The translations under genes and the position numbers were made by a program. The notes beneath the pieces are model-generated. The model did no database searches, had not been told where the DNA came from, and saw nothing but the letters and a program-made list of their open reading frames with translations. Shown one piece after another: positions 12,925-25,738 of a stretch of 64,000 nt of DNA (position 1 is its first letter; every line of letters starts with the position of its first letter). Location: contig NC_043002.1 of assembly GCF_006345805.1 (NCBI RefSeq), positions 37,944,001 to 38,008,000 of the forward strand. The letters run 5' to 3'. The DNA comes from Octopus sinensis (taxonomy: Eukaryota).

Positions 12925-13805
12925 GGCAGCGAGCTGACAGAAACGTTAGCACGCCGGGCGAAATGCGTAGCCGTATTTCGCCTGCCGTTACGTTCTGAGT
13001 TCAAATTACGCCGAGGTCGACTTTGCCTTTCATCCTTTCGGGGTCGATTAAATAAGTACCAGTTACGCACTGGGGTCGATATAATCAACTTAATCCGTTT
13101 GTCTGTCCTTGTTTGTCCCCTCTGTGTTTAGCCCCTTGTGGGTAGTAAAGAAATAGGTATTTCGTATGTCGCTACGTTCTGCGTTCAAATAACGCCGAGC
13201 TGGACTTTGTCTTTCATCCTTTAAGGCGGCGAGCTGGCAGAAACATTAGCGCGCCGGGCGAAATGCTTAGCTGTATTTCGTCTGCCGTTGCGTTGTGAGT
13301 TCAAATTCCGACGAGGTCGACTTTGCCTTTCATCCTTTCGGGGTCGATAAATTAAGTACCAGTTACGCACTGAGGTCGATGTTATCGACTTAATACCTAT
13401 GTCTGTCCTTGTTTGTCCCCTCTATGTTTATCCCCTTGTGGGTAATAAAGAAATAGGTATTTCGCCTGCCGTTACGTTCTGAGTTCAAATTCCGACGAGG
13501 TCGACTTTACCTTTCATCCTTTCGGGGTCTATTAAATAAGTACCAGTTACGCACTGATGTCGATGTAATCGACTTAATCCGTTTTTCTGTCCTTGTTTGT
13601 CCCCTCTGTGTTTAGCCCCTAGTGGGTAGTAAAGAAATAGGTATTTCGTCTGTCTTTACGTTCTGAGTTCAAATTCCGCCGAGGTCGACTGTGGTTTTCA
13701 TCCTTTCGGGGTTGATAAATTAAGTACCAGTTGTGTACTGGAGTCGATCTAATCGACTGGCCTCCTCCCCCCAAATTTTGGGCCTTGTGACTAGAGTAGA
13801 ACAAA
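12925..13805 (+). mobile_element. Two family A SINEs with internal 184-bp tandem repeats
   Basis: Heads at 12925 and 13225. GTATTTCG unit starts at 12973, 13157, 13273, 13457 and 13641, a period of 184 within each element. Confidence 0.9.
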
Positions 13806-14289
13806 ATATATTGCAGGCATTCATCTCAGCAGCACTTTATGCAGGAATCAGACTAGCATAGCGATCGAATAGTAGTGTAAATATTACATCTATGAATTAA
13901 CCAAGAGCTGATTAGTTATACTTCTGTCAATTTTTAAGGGGTACTGCATCAATCTAAGGCATGTGTAAAGGTAAACAATGGTGATATCCTGATACACAAT
14001 CGTTATGGCTAGGGAGGCATTAGATAATAGTATATTTGGGACAAAGTCACAATAGCAGAGTTAAATTTTTTCCTATCAAAATGTTATCCAAATTCTGGAT
14101 GAAGTGGTACTCAGTGGCCGCAAGATCAGGTGAGTAGGGTAGAGGATGGAGAACTTCCAACTCCAACTCCTGTAGTTTTGCCAATGTCATTTTTGCAATG
14201 TTTGGCGGTGTCTTGCAATAAAATAAGAGTGGATCTGTTGACTAATCTAGGCTGTTTTTTGTAAGTTTCTGCATTATTTGGTCTAGTTA

Positions 14290-15114
14290 CCTGTAGTTAT
14301 ACTTCAGCTGTGATTGATGAGCCAGGTTTAAGGAAATCATAATGAATCACACCTGCGCCAGACCACAAAACACACACCATCAGCTTCTTTTGATCAATTT
14401 TGTCTTTAGGACTGTGTTTTGGTGGCCCGTCTTTGTCCAACCATTGTGCTGAAAGTTTACGGTTGTTGTATTGGATCCATTTCTCATCACGTGCTACAAT
14501 TTGATTAAAAAAGGATTCATTTTTGTGACGAGAAAGTAGCATAATGCGGGTTTCCAAACGTTGCTGGTTCTGATTTTCATTGAGTTTATGTGGAACCCAC
14601 TTATCCAACTTTTTCCCTTTACCGATTTGAATTAAGTGAGTCAATATTGTTTGCTTGCTAACACCAAACAACAACAACGAAAATACACAGGTACTTTGAG
14701 ATGGATCTGACACGACGGTGGTTTTTAATTCGTCATTATCCACCTTTGTTTCTGGTCGACCGCACTGCTCATTTGTGAAGTCAAATTTACCAGATCAAAA
14801 TTTTGCAAACTTATTTGATACTGTCTGCAGTGTAATAACATTAGAATGAAATATTCTATTAATATTCCGAGCTGTGTGTAATGCTGTATTTCCAAGAAAT
14901 AACTCATCTTTCAAAACTGTACGAATTTCCGACTTATCCATCTCTAAAGAAAAATAGCAAAACACGATTTATGAATACTTTATAAAGCGCAAAATGAGTT
15001 ACAATAAAGAAATAGATGTATCAGCTTTCTAAGAAAAAAATTAAGATTGTCAAAATGAGCAGCTGTCAAAGTTTACCATATACCTTACAACAAATTTCAT
15101 ACTTGACGATCTAA
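14290..15114 (-). mobile_element. Mariner transposon, 5' half (transposase pseudogene 14941 to 14297)
   Basis: MDKSEIRTVLK..GRPETKVDNDELK..KWVPHKL..VARDEKWI..KKLMVCVLW..YDFLKPG, with one in-frame TGA. One TIR, TA|TTAGATCGTCAAGTATGAAATT, at 15114; the 3' half is missing. Confidence 0.92.
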
Positions 15115-16807
15115 TAGAAACGCGCAAGTTTTTATTTCAAAAACATATGGAATTTATTCCTGTTTTTCATTAGCTGACGTGTGATTGTGAAATTAATTTG
15201 CTTGTAATGAATTAAAATTTTTCAAACATGATTTTGTTATATAATTGGTTTTCTTCTGATGAGTCCGGAAATTGCAAATGATCTACATTATGTCACATTT
15301 CTCAAAGATTTTATGGCTAGGTTTAAATAATTCTTAAGATGCGTTAACTTGTAAATTTACCGAGACAGTGGAAATCTTTATTCAAGGAATTTGGGATAGG
15401 CTGCTTCATAAGATATATTTAGTTGAAAAAGCAACCTTAATGTGTTACGGTATATATTTTGTAAGCTATTTTAGCATAACGTACGTTTTATAAATGAATA
15501 TATAGTGTATTCGGTCTGCTAAAGTACGTTCCATTATGAATTGAAGTCGATTTATCTGACTGTATGTGTGTATATAAATAAAAAGAAAAACACGATTGAT
15601 ACAATAATTAGACTCTGATCATCTAATGTTATCAGTTTTGGTCTGGTGAGCGAACTGAATCAATGACTGGCAACTGGTTAACTAGCTTACAATTTTTATA
15701 AAAAAAGAAAATTCCCATCGGAAAAGTAAGAAGTTCGAGATAGGTCTTAGTAGGCTAAAAATATTCCCAAGGGAGTCTACTAACATTTACTTCAACGATT
15801 GAAAATTGTTTCAAAACATGAAAGACCTAAATTCTTGATTGGAAGTTGTATGACCCATCGATCGATCTTTTTTTGGTAAGATGGTTACTTGTGCAGTCGA
15901 CGACGGATGTTAATCTCTCTTTCAATTATTATAAAACTATGAAATATTGACTTTCATTATTACTAATAAATTGTTTTTCTGTAATTTCTTTCTTTAAATC
16001 ATTTTAATTTAAGAGTATCAGTCCAATATTCGCTCCATTTTCAAGTACTACGTTTCAATACTGCATTCGATTAGGAAATGAAAGCCAAATCCTTACTAGT
16101 TATTTTTTTTTTCTAAAAATTTTCATTGTTGACTTTGTTTCCAGTTTTTGTTATTATTTTTTTGTTGATATGTTCGATTTTACTTCCAAATTCGTTTTTC
16201 CCATTTTGAAAGAAAGTTTTTGAAAGAAAGTTTTTGAAAGAAATTTTGTTCACTAAACCTCTCTATAAATATCGTAAGCTTTCATTGATCTCATGTCTGT
16301 GGAGTTGAATATATGCTCATTCACATTATAATTTTGGAATCTAGAGGTTTACCATTTTTGGACAGAAGCTTTGCAGTAGAGTAAAAAAATTGTTTCTGAC
16401 TATAATACAATCTTTTATTAATAATAAAGAGCATCGAGTAGGGATATACGGCAAAGTAATATTGAGCTTCATCGACGTTCTGTTTTAAGATTCTATCTGG
16501 ATTAAAATTACTTGTCATTGCTTCTAGGATGATGAGAAAAGATCCAGTAATTCAGTAATTCATTACATTTGATTCAATGACCTTTTGGACGTCATGTGGA
16601 ATGTTAACATCGCTAAATATACCAACAAGTCAATATAGCATTCCACCTCCTCTGCAAATATGAGACGCACGTTACCAGAAAACTCAAGATCACTATATAT
16701 GGTAGGATGTAGCATTACTGAATATTATCTGTACTGGTGAACATATATCTTCCATATATCGAAAACTGCATTGCAAAATTTTTCACAAAATGTCCCTTCT
16801 ATTTCAG

Positions 16808-16855
16808 GTTCAGGAAACTTTTCAACGCCAACAAATAACATATTTAAAAGTTCAA
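16808..16855 (+). CDS. Candidate 48-nt host exon (phase 1-1), GSGNFSTPTNNIFKSS
   Basis: Acceptor TGTCCCTTCTATTTCAG, donor GTGAG, length a multiple of 3, open frame. No recognised homology. Confidence 0.3.
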
Positions 16856-18109
16856 GTGAGACTCACTAATAAATACTAACACCACATGCATATATACATC
16901 CTAAATGCATACAATAACAGCCAATCGCTCAACAAACTGTGAGCTCCTGTCCTCAGATTGCAGCTTCCCTCTCGCTTTGCCTTTATCAGGGCAACTACAG
17001 TTGTCGCTGTTTCTCAGAGCTCACTGCTCTTATATCGCATTCATTGAGACACTTCCTACTCACTAATTTCTCATTTCCCCTTCGTCTGAATTGTTTACCC
17101 TTCTCATGCTCCTCACAAACCACTATATTGTTTATCATTTGGGAGTCTTCCTTCGGCCATCTTCTTTCTCAATTTGCACCTGTCCGATATGAATATTAAG
17201 TACGTCGATGTCACAGACCCAAGAAGATCTACATAGGCCATGACACAACCCATTGCTCCCGAGGAACTGTATAAAAACCAGAAAGAAAAAAATCGATATT
17301 TTATTGACATAAGTAAAAATATTTCGTATACAATTAGCAACAGTCTCATATAAAATTAGCATCATTTGATTGGTAATCAATATAGTGTGAGCAAACAGAA
17401 ATTTGGACAACTTGTGCAAAACGTCCCCTGGGCCATTAATATAATTAATTTCTTGCCATTATATAGTATGTCTGCAGCCGTATTATATATATCATGATAA
17501 TTGGTGACGTAATATAGAGAAAATGATTGAGTTGTCCTTCGAGACAGAATGCTTGTCTATCGCAATTATTTTTACCAGATGACCTAGAATCTCTTATTTC
17601 TCGGGATAAAGTGAGTAGCAATATTTGAACAGGTTATAATTTTACAATTCATTCGTCTCGCTCTGGTCTATTTTTGTTCTCTGAGTTGGGCATTTTTAAC
17701 ACATACATAGAAAATAGAACAGATACAGTTTGAGTTTAAAAATGGCCAAAAAAAGGGGGAAAACAGAAAATTTAGAAATTTCGTAACTCCAAAGGAAATT
17801 CAAAATATTCTCAAACGCTTTGTTCTTCGAATTATACACATAGAATTTGAAAATATGTAGAACATTTTCCATTATGGTAAAGAGGAAGCTGAAAACTAAC
17901 AATAATACAGCGATCATGCGAAAGATTTTGGAGATTATAGTTAAGTTTTAGAACTATATTTATTCAGGTATTTGATAAAACACAAAATCAATATTCTAGA
18001 ATACAAAAAATGTGTGGCAGTGATAGAAATGATAAGGGTCCCAACTAGACGGGTTTCGGAACTCTATTTTTTCGTCAGTAGTATATGTATATATGTGTGG
18101 GTGTGTATA

Positions 18110-18240
18110 CATACATACATACATACATACATACATACATACATACATACATACATACATACATACATACACACACATACATACATACATACCTACATAC
18201 ATACATACATATATACGCACACATACTCACACACATACAT
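18110..18240. repeat. (TACA)n microsatellite
   Basis: Direct observation. Confidence 0.95.
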
Positions 18241-18244
18241 ATAT

Positions 18245-18615
18245 GTAGGCGCAACAGCCCAGTGGTTAGAGCAGCTGATTCGCGGTCATAGGGTCGCGGT
18301 TCCGTTTCCCAGACCGGTCGTTGTGAGTGTTTATTGAGCGGAAACACCAAAAAATCCACGAGGCTCTGGCAGGGGGGTGGTGACGAACTCTGCTGCATTC
18401 ATCTACTGGAACTTTCTCTGACTCTTTCTTCCTGATTCTGTTGTACTGTATTTTCAAAGGGCCAGTCTTATCAATTCTGTGTCACGCTGAATCTCCCCGA
18501 GAACTACGTGTGTCTGTGGAATGACTAGCCACTTACACGTTACTTTCATGAGCATGCTGGTCTGTTAATTGGATCAACTGGAACCCTCGTTATCATAACT
18601 GACGGAGTGCCACAG
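18245..18615 (+). mobile_element. tRNA-derived SINE, family C
   Basis: A-box-like GCCCAGTGGTTAG and B-box-like GGTTCCGTTTCC; the head matches the reverse complement of 57840-57965. Confidence 0.8.
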
Positions 18616-18616
18616 T

Positions 18617-18704
<88 letters not shown>

Positions 18705-18823
18705 ATATGAGTCAAATTTAGAATTAAAGAATTAATGTTTAGAAAGTAAGCGTTAAATGCATGGTAAGTCTCAGATAATGTGTCTGCAGAAGGTTTTCTG
18801 AAAACTTGTAAAGCATCATACGT

Positions 18824-18926
18824 CACCTGATGCGGCTGTTTTGCACTGTGCATTGCATCTGGTAATATAACATCGTTCCACGTCCACTAGGGAGCTGTGC
18901 AGAATGAAGCCGAAACGATTGTTGTG
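18824..18926 (+). ncRNA. Degenerate type I hammerhead with a long helix II
   Basis: CAC-CTGATGC-GGCT-g-TTTTGCAC...GTGCAGAA-tga-AGCC-GAAA-CGATTG-TT-GTG. Core A9 reads C; helix III is one change from the palindrome CGATCG. Confidence 0.5.
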
Positions 18927-20869
18927 CTAATAAACTCTTCTAGTTACACTCCAGTTCATTAAATGCTATACTGAATCGGTCACCATTTTCATGCGTGTGT
19001 TTTGCTTTGTGTTTAATCGCCTGGAATAAAAAATGGACTGTTATAGCTCTTTTTCAAATACTCCAAGATCTATGGTGGTAAGTTGTTTTTAGGTTGGATG
19101 CGTGCAGTAGAGTGAACTCTGCTAAGGAAGCAAAAGGACCAAGTGTTCTCAGCGCTAAACAAGAGAACGGAGAAGATATCCTCCTCCCGTCCACCCACAT
19201 GATTTGGGGACATTAAATAGGGTCATGGATGCTGTCCTCCTTCCTCTAATTTGTCAATAAAATTAAAGAAAAATCTCCATCATTCAACGGTTAATGACAC
19301 TTCTCTGTTATCGACAAAATAATTATAGTAATAATAGCTTTTTACAGTATCGAATACAGATGTGATGGTGATATTAAGGTTTCTGAGAAATTAGTAATGG
19401 TTTTCTACGCGTGTATATCTGTTGCATTTATGGCGTATGTAAATATATGTGAGTTTTGTTGGTTGCAGAGAGTAATGAGATGTTTATTAAAGGTCAATAT
19501 CGATTGGTAAGAATGAAATCGATGTCAGAAGTCAATATTTTAATATTGCTTTACCAAAATAAACCAAAAAATTCGATATCTAGATTCAAAATGTGGAAGA
19601 CTTTAACGTATCCCACAACCTATTCATATTCTCTCTCTCTCTTTCTCTTTCTCTCTATCATCCACTTACACCCACACACATACACATGTTCACACTTTAG
19701 TTTACTTTATACCCTATCCTAATTGATAATTTTTGTACTAGAAACATATATTGATACGTTGAAAATCCATTTATATATATATATATATACGTATCTCTGT
19801 ACGTCTGTATGTGTAAGGGTATTTATAAATTCACATATAAATATAGTTGCCAATACAAATGGTCAGATACAGCATAATATAGTGAGTTGGATAGTTGAGT
19901 CATAAGATTTTAAGCTTGCCAACCTTAGCTATTTATATTTTATCCACGATATTTATCCTTCGGTAAAAAGTGGCTGATATTTCCTTCAAGATATGCTTTC
20001 CTCAACAGTTATATAAACCCCAAAGAATCTCTCTCAACACATGGCTATGATACTCCCCCACTATTCCTGCATAAGGGTTTAAGGTCAAGCAAATTTGTGA
20101 TACTGAGCAAAATATTGCTAGAAAGATATTTCTGCTTCAGCAACTCAGCGCTGAATCAGTCTGAAATGTAATGGAAAATAGGTCAGTTTCAAAACATTGA
20201 CGTCCAGGTCACAACAGCAAAGTTTGAAAGCGATAGGAGTCATTTCCTTTGATTTCTAGATAGAAGGAAATAGGAAATAAAAAGAAGTAAACAAAGCATA
20301 ATATATTACACAGTGTTGACGGTCTTTTGCTTGGCTTTTATGAATATGAAACCTCTTTTAGCTAATTCATTACTGTTGTTGATGATGCATTTTTTTTCTT
20401 TTTGTTTAGCTCAGAACAGATCGAGTAAATCAATGTTTAAAACCTTCCATTCAATTACCATACAGTGACAAACGTAGACCCTGCCCTTTAACAATTCAGT
20501 TTGTGATATGAAGGTGATTTTGGCTGTTATTACTAAATGTTCAGTCAGTCATGTAGGAATTACCTCGATGGTTCTTTTAAAAATATAATTAGAGTGAAAT
20601 ACATTTCAAATTAAATTCCAGTCAAATAGTATCATGAGAAAGAATAATAATATGGACTTCTTTCATCTAAATATTATTCCATTTTCTTAAATTAATTTGT
20701 TATCTTTTACTTGCTTCAGTCATTACTAATCGACTTCAGTACTTACTCTTTAAAGTGCTTAGCCTGTCGGTCTCCTGCCGAGCTGCTAAGTTACAGATAA
20801 GTAAACAAACCAATACTGGTTTTCAAGTAGTGGAGGGACAAACACAAAGGCAAAGACGCACACACACAC

Positions 20870-20917
<48 letters not shown>

Positions 20918-20924
20918 GGCGCGC

Positions 20925-21075
20925 TTCCACACAGTTTACGTCTATCATAAACACTCATAAGGTTTTGGTCGGAGCGAGGCTATAGTAGTAAATACTTGCC
21001 GAAGGTTCCACGCAGTGGGACTGAATCTGAAAAGATGTGACTAACAAACCAACTCATAATCACACAATCAAGCCA
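20925..21075 (-). mobile_element. SINE family B fragment, diverged
   Basis: The reverse complement matches the head and ACCTTGGGCAAGT..CTACTATAG..CCGACCAAA region of 59970. Confidence 0.65.
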
Positions 21076-21169
21076 TTGATTAAAACCCTCGAAGTACACT
21101 ACAGGATTCGAATCGGGGAACTCTCGATCTGCTGCCGAATGTTTAACCAATCAGCTATAACTCCGCTTT

Positions 21170-21340
21170 AGGTGAGCTTGATAGAAGCACGATGGGCAAA
21201 ATAATTAGCGGAGTTACGACTTTGTTTTACATCCTTCCGGCGTCGTTAAAATAAATACCAGTTGAGAACAGAGGTCAATGTATTTGACCTACTCTCTTCC
21301 TGAAATCTTGGGCTTGTGCCCAAAGCTTAAAGCCGATAAT
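21170..21340 (+). mobile_element. SINE family A, highly diverged
   Basis: GACTTTG..CATCCTTCCGGCGTCG..AAATACCAGTTGAG..GGTCAATG pattern. Confidence 0.55.
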
Positions 21341-21854
21341 CTTTACCAATTATCATTTCGATAAATTACTGGCAGTCGCTTTATTATTCCAAAGTAGAAG
21401 ATGGTAAATAATATAATAAGTGCGAAATATTCCAATAGACCAGTATATCTAATTGAAATGTAACTGGATTTTCGTAGTTGTTCTTTACCGACCAGATCAG
21501 CCTTGATTGGTTGAACTCTTGCGGTCATATCTGTTCCAGCACCGTCCATTCTATCTTTCATTTTATCTCGATGGATACTTTGGATATAGTAGCGATGAAA
21601 TATGAAGACTATTTGGTTGCTATTTCTTGCAAGCTCTATGACTATGTATTGCTCACGTTCATGATATCCCATAAACATAGTGCAGTTGTTTGATGTTTAA
21701 CATAAATAAATATTTTTTTAAAAATTCTTTGAAAATACTGAACGTACAGCTCTCTCTTTTTAATGGCACACTATTTTATCAATCTACATCGTCTATCTTC
21801 TCCTTTTAATCTACAGCAACGTTTCTTTCTCAATACCATCAACACCGCCGTTCC

Positions 21855-22272
21855 CTACCACCACCACCACCACCATAACCGCCACCGCCGCCGCCGTTGC
21901 CAACACTATCACCATTATCATCATCATCAACACCACCACCACGGCCGTCACCACCACAACCACCACAACCACCTCAACCACCACCATCATGGTTACCATC
22001 TTCATCACCACCACCACCACCACCACAACCATCATCATCATCATCATCATCAACATCATTAACATCATCGTCACCATCATCATCATCAACATCATCAACA
22101 CCATCGTCACCATCTTCATCATCATCAGCAGCAGCAGCAACACCACCACCACCATCACCATCACCACCACTACCATCATCATCATCATCATCATCACCAC
22201 CATCATCATCATCATCACCACCATCACCACCATCACCATCACCATCATCATCATCATCATCATCGTCACCAT

Positions 22273-22303
<31 letters not shown>

Positions 22304-22440
22304 AGCACCAGCAGCACCACCACATCACCATCACCACCACTACCATCATCATCATCATCATCACACCATCACCATCACCACCACTACCATCACCACCATC
22401 ATCATCATCATCATCATCATCGTCATCATCATCATTGCCA
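21855..22440. repeat. Compound (CAC)n/(CAT)n/(CAG)n trinucleotide tract
   Basis: Direct observation; produces the poly-His/Ser/Thr/Met ORFs of the track. Confidence 0.95.
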
Positions 22441-22660
22441 TTACATTTTACTAGCAGTAATGCTTTCCCGAATACCGGGTCCTTTGATTTGATTCTACTT
22501 CTGTTATATTCTTGGCAATAATGTCGGTTTAATCACTCCACTTCTTTTTTAACGGCATATAATGACTAGAATTTGAAGAGTTCGGTCTCCAGAGTAAAAG
22601 TAGACATACATTTTCCCTGCCAGAATAAAACGTAGACATTAAGAACGAGAGGCATACATC

Positions 22661-22661
22661 A

Positions 22662-22718
<57 letters not shown>
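22661..22718. repeat. (ATT)n microsatellite
   Basis: Direct observation. Confidence 0.95.
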
Positions 22719-22719
<1 letters not shown>

Positions 22720-23088
22720 TGCCTAGACAGAACATCTGTGTAGCATAACTAGAAACTTTTAAAATACTTATTTCTTTACCATGCAATTTCCAACTAATAT
22801 CTCCAACTTGCAACGCTAGACTTTAGTTAAAACTTGCGATTCGAGTTGCACTTTTGGAGTTAATCCATGTTGAGATTTTTTTTAAAATTGCTTTTATTTT
22901 TTTTTATTGCTGACAATAATACTTTGCTTTCATTGAATAATAAATATAATTGAACGTCGTCTAACGGTTGAGATTATGAATGACTTGAGAAGTGTTTGGT
23001 ACTTAGGATTGCCAATGTTCTGACAAAATATATCTCTTGGGAATCATATAAATTGTGCAAAATTTGATTTAATTCTTGCGGAAGTTAC

Positions 23089-23241
23089 CTGACAATCCGT
23101 AGTATAACAGTGCTACGGGTACTTCCTTCAGGAGTTGTACCTTCTTCACCATGGATATTTGCTTGCATTTCTCTCTAAAATCTATGGCTCCATTTAGGTG
23201 TGCCATCAAAGGAAGTGCGGACTTGTTATGGAGCCAGTGAA
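23089..23241 (-). CDS. Candidate 153-nt exon (phase 1-1), HWLHNKSALPLMAHLNGAIDFREKCKQISMVKKVQLLKEVPVALLYYGLS
   Basis: Acceptor TCTTTTCTGCAG, donor AG|GTAACT, open frame within ORF 23069..23323. No recognised homology; could be a decayed TE. Confidence 0.25.
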
Positions 23242-23401
23242 CTGCAGAAAAGATCTTCAGAGGAAGGACTTCCGTGAGGCTAGTTTTTTGGCTCATTAGT
23301 TCCTCATACTTTAAAGGGGCCAAGCTCTTCTAAGTCATACTTTTCTGAGCCAAGCCACAATCAACTTCTGGGATGTTATTCGAGAAAATTATTTAATTCA
23401 A

Positions 23402-23791
23402 TCTATATAAATAAAGCTGAGGTTGTCTGTGTATGGCAGGTTTGGTAGCCTTCAATTAACACTATCTCCTCGAAAACCCTGCGGCGCAAGTTGACCAAAA
23501 TTGAGAGTATGATAGAAGAAGGCTTGCTCTTCCTTCCGTAGAAAATAAAATTCAAATCGGACCATGTTAAGACCAAAAATTCTTTAAATCAAAAAGGTGC
23601 TTTTTATCTATGAAAATCACTATTTTTTACGATTTTGTAACTTCTGTGTCGCCATTTCTCGGTGTATTTCAACCAGAAAAATGTTCACTAAAAGTTAATA
23701 ACAAGCTACTTAATGCAAAAGTTTTACTTTTCAAAAATTCCAATTCTAAAGGGTCGAAACAAACCCGAGCAACGCCGAGCGATACGGCTAG
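23402..23791 (+). mobile_element. Non-autonomous Helitron
   Basis: 5' A|TCTATATAAATAAA. 3' GC-rich subterminal motif CCCGAGCAACGCCGAGC followed about 7 nt later by CTAG (23788-91). No TSD. Confidence 0.75.
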
Positions 23792-24729
23792 CATTCGATA
23801 AATCTGTTTTGTCTTCAAATAAAGATAGAACTAATTACATTAAGTAAATAAACAAAACTATGCAAAGCTGCTCCTCTGCTTCCTCGTATTTTTTGTTACT
23901 CAGCTACTTGATAAGAAATTGCTTCCTTATATACATAAAAGAGATAAAATCTGCGTGGTCTTTTGATAAAGTAGTAGTCCTTTTTTTGTTAATAACAGTT
24001 TACAATTAGTATTTTATTGAACTCGAAAGAATAAAAGGCAAAGTTAACATCGGCAACATTTAAACACCGAAAATAGACAGTCGTAACTAATTAACGTTTG
24101 GCGGTTTGTCCGATGCTCTTACGATTCTTCCAATCCAGCGTCCTTCAACATTTTATGATTATAATTACTGTTTTGTCTCCATTGCCAAAGCTTGAGAAAC
24201 TATTAAAAAAACTCTTTAGCATTACATACATATTTCAACCTCGTTATTCACATATTAATATGTCACTCTCGGAAAATATAATAAATGCATTTGCATAGCA
24301 ACTAGTTGTAATAATATGTCTGTCATTGATTGGAAGTGCTCTTATGAGACCAATGAATTCATATTGGCTATGTTGAAAGACTAAGCTATTGTTGGACGCT
24401 TTTATAGATTCGAGAGCATCAGGTATTTAGCAACGTTAGAAGTTGATGGATCATAGTAGACTTGTTAAGTCTGAACCATAAATTGTGTTCAAAGATATTT
24501 TCAAATAGTTATATTTGAATATATTATGATAGGGATATATGTGTGTGTCTATAGTTATATCATACAACGGGAAGGTTCCATAATTTGCATGGAAATTGCT
24601 GAAACGTGAAATGAAGCTTTAGAATTTGAACCTTTTCTTGATCAGTCTCATTTGAATGTTATATAAGAAACATATTGCTATACTTGTTAATAAAGCTACT
24701 ACTTCAAATGTCAATCTAAGCAGTATATA

Positions 24730-25352
24730 CATACATAAAAACACACACACAAACACCCCACATTCCCATCCTACCCCACGCCATCCCTTACACCCACTAC
24801 CACATACACCACCTCTACCCCCACCCTCTGCCTGCCCACATACCCAACCTCTACGCCCACCCTCAGCCTAACCTACACCCCACCCTTGCTTTCTTCACTC
24901 TCGCACTCCCCATCTCCCAACATCATCACACCATACACCACTACACCATACAACACCATAACACACAGCACAGCACATCACATCACACCACTACGCACAC
25001 ACTAGCCTGACCACTTCCCTGCCCCACATCTTCACACTACACATACACACACATACACATCAAGGTCACCAGCCCTCTTCCACACGCACATACATACTCT
25101 CTTATACACACGCTCGCACTACTTTATTATCTCCCCTTTTTCCTAGCTCTCCTGTGTCACCTTTCTGTCTGGCATTAGCCATGATAGATCACTAGCCACT
25201 ACATATTCTTCACTTTCTTTCTGCGTTCCTTTCTGCGGAAGAGCGTAGGCTCGAAACGTTAAAGACTTTTTCAGTTCCCTGGCATTAAAATAATACATCT
25301 GTTTGTCGTCTACACCACCTGTCTTCGTCGTTTGTTTTTTGTGAATTTTCCC
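24730..25352 (+). mobile_element. Probable PLE 3' end/pseudo-LTR: C/A-rich tract, atypical HHR-like motif, then (TA)n
   Basis: CTTT-CTGCGGAA-GAGC-gtag-GCTC-GAAA-CG-TT-AAAG at 25229-25264. The layout parallels the CA-rich 3' region plus HHR of the PLE at 50330-50850. Confidence 0.5.
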
Positions 25353-25379
25353 TATATATATATATATGTGTGTGTGTGT

Positions 25380-25427
<48 letters not shown>

Positions 25428-25439
25428 CGTATATATATA

Positions 25440-25492
<53 letters not shown>

Positions 25493-25573
25493 TGTTTGCA
25501 TGTATATATGTATATATGTATGTATATATATATATGTATATATATGTTTTTATATATATATATATATATATAT

Positions 25574-25738
25574 AATGTGAAATAGAAAGATGAATAATCT
25601 TGTAGTAGATTAATCAAAAGTTTAACCGATACCTTAGTAGCGAAAATCACAGCAGTAAACAGCACGGTTGGAGGTACAACCATCTGGCGTTGCAACCGTG
25701 CGTTGGTGCGGATAATTGAAATTAAAACATTCACCAAT

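Noticed and set aside
12973-13740. Regular repeats considered as a CRISPR-like array
   Set aside because: Whole 184-bp units repeat with no unique spacers; they are SINE multimers in eukaryotic DNA.
15250-15290. CTGATGAGTCCGGAAATTGC, resembling the start of a classic HHR
   Set aside because: No GGAC partner for helix II and no helix I or valid helix III.
21095-21170. Minus-strand tRNA-like A/B boxes
   Set aside because: No complete cloverleaf; more likely a SINE head than a tRNA gene.
21763-22492. Long His/Ser/Thr/Met-rich ORFs (up to 185 aa) in several frames
   Set aside because: CAC/CAT repeats contain no stop codons in any frame, so the ORFs are a by-product; no splice or homology support.
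23280-23350. GGCTCA/TGAGCC stem considered as an HDV-like ribozyme
   Set aside because: No L3/P1.1 (YCC..GG) elements and the helix order does not fit.
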